NCBI GenBank assembly: GCA_905331295.1
Contig: CAJNYD010000281.1
Span: forward strand, 1 to 64,000
Length of the DNA: 64,000 nucleotides
Direction: 5' to 3'
Source of the DNA: Rotaria socialis
Taxonomy: Eukaryota
In this document: positions 40,439 through 50,184 of the stretch, one piece after another
How the letters are laid out: each line of letters opens with the position of its first letter
Position numbering within the stretch: the stretch's first letter is position 1
Notes under the pieces: model-generated
The model's database searches: none
Told to the model about the DNA's origin: nothing
Seen by the model: only the letters and a program-made list of their open reading frames with translations
Made by a program: the position numbers and the translations under genes

Positions 40439-42023
40439 TTAAATCATGGGACGAACTAAATTTTCATAACATAATTCTTCATTGTCTGATATTGGCATTG
40501 TTGAATATTCAATATCTAAATGACCAAATGTATTTAATTTTGTTTGAGCTTGTGTGATAAAAAGAGCTTCAATCACTCGTCGTAATGTACTTGATGTATG
40601 TTTTGGTACTAAATAAAATGAAATAAAATAAAATGAGAGATGGTTAAAATAAACAATAAATACACATTGTCTACTTACATACGGCAATGATTTTAGCTTC
40701 ATATAAATCTAAATGAAAGTTAGGTGTATGAAGATATTTTTTTTCTTGAAAAAATTTTTCAATATCAAGTTTTTGTTCAACAGTAAGATGATAATTCATA
40801 TTGGTTGGTAGTGGTACATCATTAGCAAATTGATATTGATTTGTATCGACAACTGGTAATTCTCGTTCTTGTTGTTGTTCGTCAGAGTCTGTCATTCGTT
40901 GAGGAATAAATGGCCAATATTCAGGATTTTCATCCAAGAAATATTGCATTGCTACTGAACAATGACATGAATGTTGATATAATTGCATACCATCTTTAAC
41001 CAATGTCCTACACATGAATAAACATAGAAATAGAGATAGACAATATTCTTTATTTTTAAGAATAACAACTTACTCAAATGATTTTATTTCACCATGATTG
41101 ATATAATTTGTTAATTTTTTTCCTAAAAGAAATTCTTTGATGATACGATTTCCATGTTTTCGATGATCTAAATATCAACAAACAAAAAATAGATATATAG
41201 AAAAAAGTGAAATTTATCTTAGAAAATTACAAGTAAGACGATGTGGTAATGATAAACTTGTTTCACCAATATAATCAAATTGCTGACATGGACATGTTAA
41301 AACATAGATCGTATTTTGTGTTGTACATGCTGCTGGACAATTTAAAATTGAACGAAAACCATTGACAAAAATATGTTGAATGGTCGATTGAGATTCTCTA
41401 TGTCGTTGTAATAATGATGGTGGTTTTTGTTTTAATCGATGAAACGGATAACATAAACAACAAGATTGTTGTTGACATGCATCCATTGTATAATGGCCAT
41501 AGGGTGGTCGTTCATTTGTTAAAAATATATTTTTGGGTTCATTTTCAATTGATTGACTATCTTGATAGGAACATGTTTTCATATAGAATAGTTCATGATC
41601 CATTTGTAGATAGAATTCCAATGCCACTTTATATTCTTCTAGAGATAGATATTCATGTTGTGCATTTGTTGAAAAATGATACATTCGTCGATGTGCCAAT
41701 CGATCGACTAATGTTAATAGTTTTCTAAAATTAAATTCTAATACATCTCGATGAATATTCCAAGATTGACTAAGAGTTGTCATCCATTGATGATGATCAT
41801 GTTGAGATGTCGTTATCATCGTCGTCTTATAATAACCATAACGTTGACGTTGTTCTAATTGTTTTTCATTGAGTTCCCTTGCTAGAGAAAAAAAAAAGAA
41901 AGGTATCATTATCGATAGAAATCATTTTTTTATTCTCTTACTTGGTACATTGGTTAATAATAGATCATTCGATGATGGATAACATGGTAGAATTGAATCC
42001 ATTGAATCTTGTTCATCTATCAT
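40439..42023 (-). CDS. Stand-alone GIY-YIG endonuclease with Cys-rich N-terminal region, multi-exon, apparently intact
   Basis: CTTQNTIYVLTCPCQQFDYIGETSLSLPHRLT|YHRKHG, LYQH, TLRRVIEALFITQAQTKLNT: Tyr, YIG, Arg, Glu and Asn of Penelope-type GIY-YIG present. Confidence 0.87.
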
Positions 42024-42068
42024 TCTATATATATAATCTACAATAGAAATAGAAATTTAAGATAATAT

Positions 42069-44984
42069 TTATCGAGTTAAAAGATGATTTAATGAAAATA
42101 AATGTTTAACAGTCAGATTTATTTTTGTTTGTTTCGATGATAATTGTGTATGTGAATTTGTATAGGTTGACCAAATACCAAAGAATTTCTTTTTAAATTC
42201 ATGATAAGGTCCATAATCATAGAAATAAAAAAATTCTATGACGGTAGAATTTTGACATCGTTGAAATTTGAAGAGTCGTGAACGAAGTTGTTTATACATG
42301 AATTCGTTTGTTTGAAGTTCATAGATATTGACATTGAAATAACTATTAAATTTTTCTAATTCATTTTCAATAAATTCATTGGAATAACCTGATATTAAAT
42401 AAATTATTTCCATATTGATTCGTTCACGAGTAAAATCTTGATAATTGGAACATACATGTATGAGGCGTATTAATGTTGAACGAAACCATTGTTGATATTG
42501 AACTTTTGGATAATTTGTTACATAGGGTAATATTAATGATGATGTATTCATTTTTGTATGCAATTGTCCATGACGATTTTCTATATGAATATGCTTAATA
42601 TTGATCTTCATACCAAATTCAATATTCATTTCAATCGTATCACCATAGAATTCTTTCAAGTTCTTAAGAAATACATGAAGATGTTCTTTGGATTGATTCC
42701 ATGTAAATAATAGTTCATCTGTATATTGAAGAAGAAATTCATTTTGAAATTGTTGATTATCATTGAACATTTTTTTTCGCCAATAATATAAACATAAAGT
42801 AGATAATAAACGATTGAGATGTGTATGATTAGGCATACCACGATTGAAACTATAAATATGATCTTGATAAATAAATAATGTATGTTGTAAATATAATTCA
42901 ATTAAACTTTCAATAACATTCACCGATAAACCATTGATCAACTGACTTTGACAATGATTTGCCAAAACATGAACGATTCGATTGACATTCGATTGATATG
43001 AAAACATGTTAAAAAAATTTTGAATTTTAATTCTTACTAATAATGTTGTTGATTTCAATTTTGAAGAAGAAGAAGAACAACATTGAATAAAATTAAAATC
43101 ATCATTGACAATAGATTGTTGTTTGAATAGATCTTCAATAGTGGATCGAAGTAAATCATCAAGATAGATAGATAATTTCCATGTTAAATTAGATTTCATT
43201 GAAACCATTGGTTTAATCAATGTTCCATCGAATAGAAACTGAATAGGTTTCAATTGAATATCATCATAGTGAAGAAAAAGTTGTTGATGAATATCTTTAG
43301 TAATAGAATGGCCATGTTCTAAACAATTGAATATTTTATTCATCTTTGATATTCGTTGTTTAGTTTCAATATCCATTTTTGTTCGATGACATAAGCGTTC
43401 ATAATCTTCTTCATGTTCATTCATATAATGTTGACATTGTTCATCATAATGTTTTTCATCAGTAAGACAGAATTGATTTCTATCATCGATTGTTCTTCTT
43501 AAAATAAGTTTATTTTTATGAAGACATTTTCTTATAGTTCCAATAATTTTTTGTTCATGAAATGATCGTTCTAATATTGTTGATGATATAGTTCGATTCG
43601 ATGTAGAAAATAATCGATTGAATTCTTCTTTTGTTTTTTGTTCAATGATATTGAATAATTTTTTATCTTTGGGATATTTTTCAACAAGATCTACTAATAA
43701 TTGTTGTCGTAATGGTTGATATTGTTGTTCATGAAGAAGTTGATCTGATAATTTCAATTGTAATTGACAGGGTGCTACATAACATGGACCACGACGTAAT
43801 AATTGTAATTGTTTTCTTGAAAAATAATTTTTTTTCATACTATTTTTATCTATTTGTAAATTATTGATAAAACCAATATGAGTTCGATCATGACATTGAT
43901 TACATAGATAATACTTGGTATGAAAATCTAATTTTAATTTCATTTCTTCATGTATTAATTCAATACGTTGATGAATTATAGACAATAATGGTTCGTCAAC
44001 TTTTATTTCATTTGTTTGAGATTTTAATTTTGTTTCATATTGAAAGATATTTATTTGTAAACATAGCAGACGTACGGCCATTAATTTTGTTTTTGTTTGT
44101 TGTAATAATTTTTCAAATACATCCATGGGTAGTAAATTATAATCTAATGTATCATAAGATATGGGTGGACGATCATAAAGTATTTGTAATCGATGATAGA
44201 TCAATTCATATTTCATTGTTAATAATTTAAAATTTGTTTCAAAGAATTGTTTTCCAATATCAATCTATGTTCAATGTAACAATTCAAATTATTTTATTTA
44301 GAATTCTCAATTTTAACTTACTTGATATTGTGTTGAAGTTTTTCTCTCATATTGAACTTGTAGTTGATGATCATGATATTTATTATATAATAATGCAATT
44401 TTATATTCAGATTCCATATGAATTTCAATTAAACCATAGTCATTGACTAATTTTTCAATTTGATTTTGTGTATTGGTATCTAATTTATATGAAGCATATT
44501 CTTGTTGATAATGATCCAATTTAATTTTATAATCATGAAGTTGTTGACGAATGCAAGTTTCATTGTAAAACCAAAATGGTTCTTCTTGTTGAAGAGAAAT
44601 TAATTGACCCTGACCCGCTTGTAAATAAAGTGACCATAAATGATAATAATGTTGATAACGTCCAATTTCATAAAGAACTTGAGCTACATGTCGACGATCT
44701 TGTTCATTCATTGAACAATGTAATTTTAATAATTCCATTTGTAAATAGGTTGGTATTGAATCATCATCATCATTATTCAAATGGGTCATTGACAATTGAC
44801 TTAATTGTTGTGATACATCTTCTTGTTCTTCTTCTCCTTGAATTTGAAAATCTTTTACTTCGTCATCGATCACATTGATATATGGACTAAAATAATCATG
44901 TTCTAATTCAATAGGATTCATTATTTCACCAAAGGAATCACCATCGATGACATCGAATGTTGAATTGACTAAATATTTCTCCAT
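42069..44984 (-). CDS. Second catalytically inactive Athena RT paralog, 2 exons, ~952 aa
   Basis: Exons 44984-44322 and 44264-42069. LLRRGPCYV, LILRRT, IKPMV, RGMP, LPYV, SGYS; motif A VRIKIQNFF, motif C LQYTDELLFTW. Confidence 0.85.
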
Positions 44985-45049
44985 ATAATCTAGAATGAAA
45001 TAACTATCCTAAGAGAAATATAACAACAACAAAAAGAAAAAAAAAGAAT

Positions 45050-46080
45050 TTATTTTTCATAATAATAACAATAAATAGCATGTACTTTAAGTATCATCAT
45101 ACAAAAACGATGATCAATTAAATTTAATGTCGCAACAGACAATTGTTCATTTGCAGGTAATGAATGTTGATGTTTCCAAAATAAAGCCATATCAGAATTA
45201 AATAAATTTTCTAAATTTGAACAAATGTCTTCTGACATAACAATCAATAATTGAAGTAGTCGATGTTTATAATCATGAAGTATTTCACAATGTTGATCCA
45301 TCAATTGTTGTCGAATACGATGTTCAGTCATCGTTTGAATAAATGATGGTATATCAACATGTAAATAACGAAATGAAGATGGCCATCGATTTTCTTTTTG
45401 ATAGTTATACAATTGTTGAATTTCTTCTTTCCATAATTGTAATTCATATTTTCGTTGTACAAGTCGTTCAATCATTTCTATCTATAATAAAGCAAACACG
45501 AAAAGATATACTATAGATGATAAAAACAAAATATTACTTGATTTGAATTATCAGTTTGTTGTTGTCGAATTTCATTTGCTAATCGTTCATCATTGTCATC
45601 ATAATCATAATCAAACAAACGGAAATGATCTTCAATATATTTTTCTAACATATTTTCAATGATTGTTTCATGTGATAAGATTTGTTCAATTACAGGTTTA
45701 TGTAAATATATTCGAACCACATCGGAATACATTTCATCTGTTAAATATTCAATGGATTGATGACGAACAACATTCATTGAGAGAATCACTTGTTTTAACA
45801 AGGTGGGCCATCGATGGAAACCATGTTCGATTGTTTTCAATAATGTTGACCAAAGTTGTTTTTCATGTAGACGTTTTCGTTCTTCATACATCGTCATTGC
45901 TAATTGTTGTAATTCTTCAATGGATATAGTTGTTGTTGAAACTGAAGAAAAAATTTTATGAAATAATTCTTGAAATTGTTCATTTGTCAACTGTAACCAT
46001 ATTGGAATATCCTTCTGTACTTTTTCGTTGTCCCTAGATGATCGATTCATTGTCAACAATGATATGTTTTCATAGTTCAT
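45050..46080 (-). CDS. Terminon coiled-coil protein, 2 exons
   Basis: Exons 46080-45538 and 45481-45050; IPIWL, RWP and C-terminal LPANEQLS..TLNLIDHR match the other CC genes. Confidence 0.78.
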
Positions 46081-46181
46081 CTTAATCTAGAAAACAAAAA
46101 AAAAACAAATAATAGAACAAGCAACTAAGATAGAAGAAAAACAAAAAACAAAAACGAAAAGACGAGAAGAATTCAATTAAT

Positions 46182-46433
46182 CTAAACAAAATCTGAACTA
46201 TGTTTTTTTGAATAAAACATAGTATAATCCTGTTCGTTGGCCAAAGGTCCACGTGAATTTTCTTGATTCGTCGCCGTTGATGGATAATGTTTTCGAGCAG
46301 AACAGAATATTCTTTTTATAATAACAAATACTATCACCATGAATAGAATAACGAAGAATAGACATATCATGAGAGTTGATTCATTTTGTTGTTGTAATAA
46401 TGGTTGAACATTTTCACCGATCGATGGTTCCAT
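46182..46433 (-). CDS. Small single-pass TM protein (83 aa), copy A1
   Basis: Short N-terminus, TM LMICLFFVILFMVIVFVII, then KRIFCSARKH; paralog at 46798-47049. Confidence 0.75.
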   Translation of the reverse strand: MEPSIGENVQPLLQQQNESTLMICLFFVILFMVIVFVIIKRIFCSARKHYPSTATNQENSRGPLANEQDYTMFYSKKHSSDFV

Positions 46434-46510
46434 GATTATCTGAAACTAGACAAATGGAAACTATACTAAGGGAAACAAAAACAAAAACAAAAAAAAAACA
46501 ACGGAAGATT

Positions 46511-46726
46511 TTATTTTGATTTATTTTGATGCATATTAGAGATTTGAATACTACAATGATGACAAGGAAGAGAATAACGAAGACGTAGAGTTTGTTCGTT
46601 GACTTCAAATACGTCCACGATGATCGACAGTGTAAGTTTCATCAACGCCATCAAACATAAACAAGCCAAAATAATGATCACACCTGTAGATGTATTCATA
46701 TTGAGATCGATCGTCGGAAACACCAT
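46511..46726 (-). CDS. Small TM protein with CxxC (71 aa), copy B1
   Basis: TM VIIILACLCLMALMKLTLSII, PCHHC; paralog at 47120-47338. Confidence 0.7.
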   Translation of the reverse strand: MVFPTIDLNMNTSTGVIIILACLCLMALMKLTLSIIVDVFEVNEQTLRLRYSLPCHHCSIQISNMHQNKSK

Positions 46727-46797
46727 TATGATTATCTAAAAAACAAAAGAGACAATCCATGAAACAAAAACGAAAAGAAGAGAAAAATTCAATGAAT

Positions 46798-47049
46798 CTA
46801 AATAAAATCTGAAATATGTTTTTTTAAATAAAACATCGTATGATCCTTTTCGTTGGCCAAAGGTCCAAGTGAATTTTCTTGATTTGTCGTCGATGATGGA
46901 TGTTGTTTTCGAGCAGAACAGAATACTTTTTTCATTATAACGAATAATATCACCATGAATAAAATAATGAAGAATATATATATCATGAGTGTTGATTCTT
47001 GTTGTTGTTGTAAAAATGGTTGAACATATTCAGTCATCCATGGTTCCAT
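46798..47049 (-). CDS. Small single-pass TM protein (83 aa), copy A2
   Basis: Same length and frame as A1, with substitutions. Confidence 0.75.
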   Translation of the reverse strand: MEPWMTEYVQPFLQQQQESTLMIYIFFIILFMVILFVIMKKVFCSARKQHPSSTTNQENSLGPLANEKDHTMFYLKKHISDFI

Positions 47050-47119
47050 GATTATCTGAAACGAGACAAATGGAAACTATACTAAGGGAAACAAAAACAA
47101 AAAAGAAAAACAGAAGATT

Positions 47120-47338
47120 TTATTTTGGTTTATTTTTATTCATATTATACATTTCAAGAATACAATGAGGACAAGGAACAGAAGTACGAAGACGTTGCGT
47201 TTTTTCATTGATTTTAAAGAGATCCACGAAGATCGACAGTGTAAGTTTCATTAAGGCCATCAAACATAAACAAGCCATAACAATGATCACAACTGTAGCT
47301 GTATTCATATTGAGATCGATCATCGGAAACCACATCAT
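47120..47338 (-). CDS. Small TM protein with CxxC (72 aa), copy B2
   Basis: Paralog of B1; PCPHC. Confidence 0.7.
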   Translation of the reverse strand: MMWFPMIDLNMNTATVVIIVMACLCLMALMKLTLSIFVDLFKINEKTQRLRTSVPCPHCILEMYNMNKNKPK

Positions 47339-47391
47339 GATTATCTAAAACAAAACAAAAAAAAAAGAGAAAGATAATGAAGATGAACAAA

Positions 47392-47739
47392 TCATATAAA
47401 ATTTTCATTGAAGAAGAAAGTTGATTTCTTATATCGTCGATAGTAGACTGAAATGCATATCAAACAAAATGAAATAATTATAAATAAAATAAAAAGTAAA
47501 ATAAAATCTTGAACGATTGAAGGTGATTTGAGAAAAAGAAGAAAAGGTCGTTCAATCATATTTGTAATGTTGAGATGAGAAATTTTCGATTGATTGGTAA
47601 ATAGAGGAGAATCTCGTACCGATATCAATGGATTATTGTAATGAGTTTGATGATGATTTTGTGTGAAATCATTGTTGACTCGAACCGATGAAAATGGAGC
47701 ACTGAGAATCCGTTCGTTGGTTCGCATTTCTGCATTCAT
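47392..47739 (-). CDS. Small membrane protein with C-terminal TM and basic tail (115 aa)
   Basis: FILLFILFIIISFCLICISVYY followed by RRYKK. Confidence 0.65.
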   Translation of the reverse strand: MNAEMRTNERILSAPFSSVRVNNDFTQNHHQTHYNNPLISVRDSPLFTNQSKISHLNITNMIERPFLLFLKSPSIVQDFILLFILFIIISFCLICISVYYRRYKKSTFFFNENFI

Positions 47740-47890
47740 GATTGATGAAGAAGATGAAAAAATAAAATCTACAATGAAAAGACAAAAACAAACAAAGATT
47801 GGAAAACAACTACGAATTCAACTAAAGGGTAAAATGAAAAGGATAATGTTTATTTTATTTTTTTTAAATGAACTTCACTCATCGATATCA

Positions 47891-48401
47891 TCAACGTGGT
47901 TTCGGCATGAGTAATTTAGTAGTACCAGCTTGACATGAACAATAAAGAAAAGCAATCAAAGACATAATGATAGTTATACAAATGAGATAGAGCGGCCTAG
48001 AAATAAACAAAAGAAAACAAAAACAATAGTATGAAAATGAAAGAAATTATTTTTTTTTCTTCAACATACCAATTATTCACGATATTGGTTAACCAATTGA
48101 CTGGCAACAATGCAAGATCAGTACCACCTTGCATAAGACGACTACCTTGACTTTTAGCCATGGACAACCATGCATATTTTGCTTTATTGCTTTCAGCATC
48201 GTTTACATTATCATTAACAATAACTGAACTTCCAATGTTTCCTGACGCATCATGTTTCTTGATATCACTAAAGAAATTGAATATACCTCGACGAAATCTA
48301 TGTCGTTGCGGTTGTTGATCATCCACTGGAATTGTTTGAATGAGTGGTAGGATGATGAGAATAAAAGTAAATAAAAATGAAGAGTTGAACAAGAACATCA
48401 T
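47891..48401 (-). CDS. Type I membrane protein: signal peptide, furin-type site, C-terminal TM; 2 exons, ~145 aa
   Basis: Exons 48401-48070 and 47996-47891; MMFLFNSSFLFTFILIILPLIQT signal, RHRFRR/GIFNFF, W|PLYLICITIIMSLIAFLYCSC. Confidence 0.75.
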
Positions 48402-48439
48402 GTTGAACTAAAATGTAAAAAGATAAAAATGATGAATTT

Positions 48440-48530
48440 TGCTAGGGAGTATTGCCTTTTTATAGTACACATCGGAGGGTGATACATAGAAATAGTTTTG
48501 CTAATAGAATCAAATTGCCTATTGGTTGAA
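48440..48530 (-). promoter_or_regulatory. Putative Pol II promoter at the 5' end of the terminon gene array
   Basis: Minus-strand TATAAAA at ~48458-48464 and CCAAT at ~48521-48525, upstream of the first co-oriented ORF. Confidence 0.45.
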
Positions 48531-48956
48531 TTAAGGATTTACCCAAACTAAAGAGAGTGATTTATAGAAAACATTCCATTGAAATCATATTAATTGATCG
48601 CATTTGTAAAGATGAATAGAATCATTCATATCAACAATGGCAATCATGTTTATCTAGATTGCACCAAAGTATTTTTTTAATCGAAGATAATTATCAAAAA
48701 TTGTGCATTACTGATAGTGTTTTGTTTTTATTCATAATAAAGAATTTCGATTGCATGCTGGTATGTGTCACAAAGACGAATGTGATCAGATAGAAGGATA
48801 TAGGTGTCATCAAATTAGCAAACAGGAATAACAGACAGACAGACAGACAGACAGAGGGAGAGAGAGAGAGAGAAAAAAAGATAAACAATGCAAGTGAGAA
48901 ACAATTTAAACAATTACCATCTGACGTCATTCAAAAAGAAAACAGACGAAGAAAAG

Positions 48957-49515
48957 ATGGCTGCAAATGATATTGACGATGATAATGAACCGTTCGAAGC
49001 TCAATTTTCCATTTACTACGATGAAGTAAATAGAATTAAATTTCTTCTTTTTCTTTTTTCAAAATAGTTTTATTCATTTTCATTTATTTAGGAAAAAGCA
49101 ATAAAACGTGCCAAGAAAAACGATAGTACGTAGAATCAATCGAAAACAAAAAAAAAGATATAATAGATAGAATTTGTTTTTTCTTTTTTCTATTTTACAG
49201 TCAAAAACATGGTCTTTATCACTGTATCAGCCATGGTGATCTATTATTCACATAGACGTGTTAGTCAATATCCAATGTATCATGTTGGTTATTTGGGTCG
49301 TGATTTACTGTTCGTCGTATCATCTACTTGTGCTTCGCGTATGTCTATTGAATATAGTTAGACTTGTTTTTATTTCTTTTGTTTGTTTTTGTTTTGTTTT
49401 AGATGGACAAGGCCCTGATAAAGGTGATTTCATTATTCGTGCAGCTGTATCAGAGGTACATCATAATCGAAATCATGAACAACTTGGTCAATTCTACGTC
49501 ACCATTCGACAATAG
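48957..49515 (+). CDS. Hypothetical ~117-aa protein, 4 exons, divergent from the terminon array
   Basis: Exons 48957-49025, 49092-49125, 49201-49338, 49403-49515 join in frame via GT-AG introns. Confidence 0.7.
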
Positions 49516-49875
49516 CGACAACGGATATTTTCTTTTTCTTTTTTGTTTATTTCTTTCTTTGTTTGTTTATTACTTATCTTGTATAATTTTCAATAAAAGA
49601 CAACATTCATTATCTCCAATTTATGTAAAATAGAAAAGGAAACCATTAGATTATAATCATACGATTTTCGATCAAGAATGTTAACATAAATTATCGAAGA
49701 AATCATCACTAGATTGATTTTGTTTTGACTAATGTATGCTCACATTGTTTTTTTTTAATCCAAAAAATACATTCCAATGAATTGAAATTTCATTCTAGTG
49801 AAATGATTTATTTCTAATTCAACAACAACAAAACAGAATTAACAACAAAACAAAAAAAAAAGAAATAATGTCATT

Positions 49876-50184
49876 TTAAGCAGCAGGACATTTATTTACA
49901 TCCATTGTTTGAAGTTGTTGAATCATTTCATTGTCATCTTCATAGTCATCATCATAGTCGTCGTCGTCATATTCTTCATCTTCATCAGGATAGTCATCAT
50001 CGAAATCGGGACCTAATTCAATATCTAATTCATCTTCTTCGATCTGGACTATTTGAATATTTGCCATATCATGGATTTGACTTTCAATCGATTTCTCTTG
50101 AATAAAAAATACTCGATTGTTTTCAAGATCAGGAATTATATCAAGAGCGATGATAGACGATGATGTTGTTGTTGTTTTATTCAT
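49876..50184 (-). CDS. Small highly acidic protein (102 aa)
   Basis: ATG-started ORF with DFDDDYPDEDEEYDDDDYDDDYEDD tract. Confidence 0.55.
   Translation of the reverse strand: MNKTTTTSSSIIALDIIPDLENNRVFFIQEKSIESQIHDMANIQIVQIEEDELDIELGPDFDDDYPDEDEEYDDDDYDDDYEDDNEMIQQLQTMDVNKCPAA

Larger units (their letters stand above)
22571..48470 (-). mobile_element. Giant terminon (multi-ORF Athena retroelement), ~26 kb; may extend to ~50.3 kb
   Basis: About 18 tightly packed co-oriented genes (RT, two dead RTs, two GIY-YIG, CC and TM proteins); 3' pLTR/hammerhead fused to (TGAGGG)n; TATA box at the 5' end. Confidence 0.88.

Noticed and set aside
37443..45929. Plus-strand ORFs overlapping the terminon genes
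   Set aside because: Short antisense shadows of long minus-strand frames, with no recognisable features.
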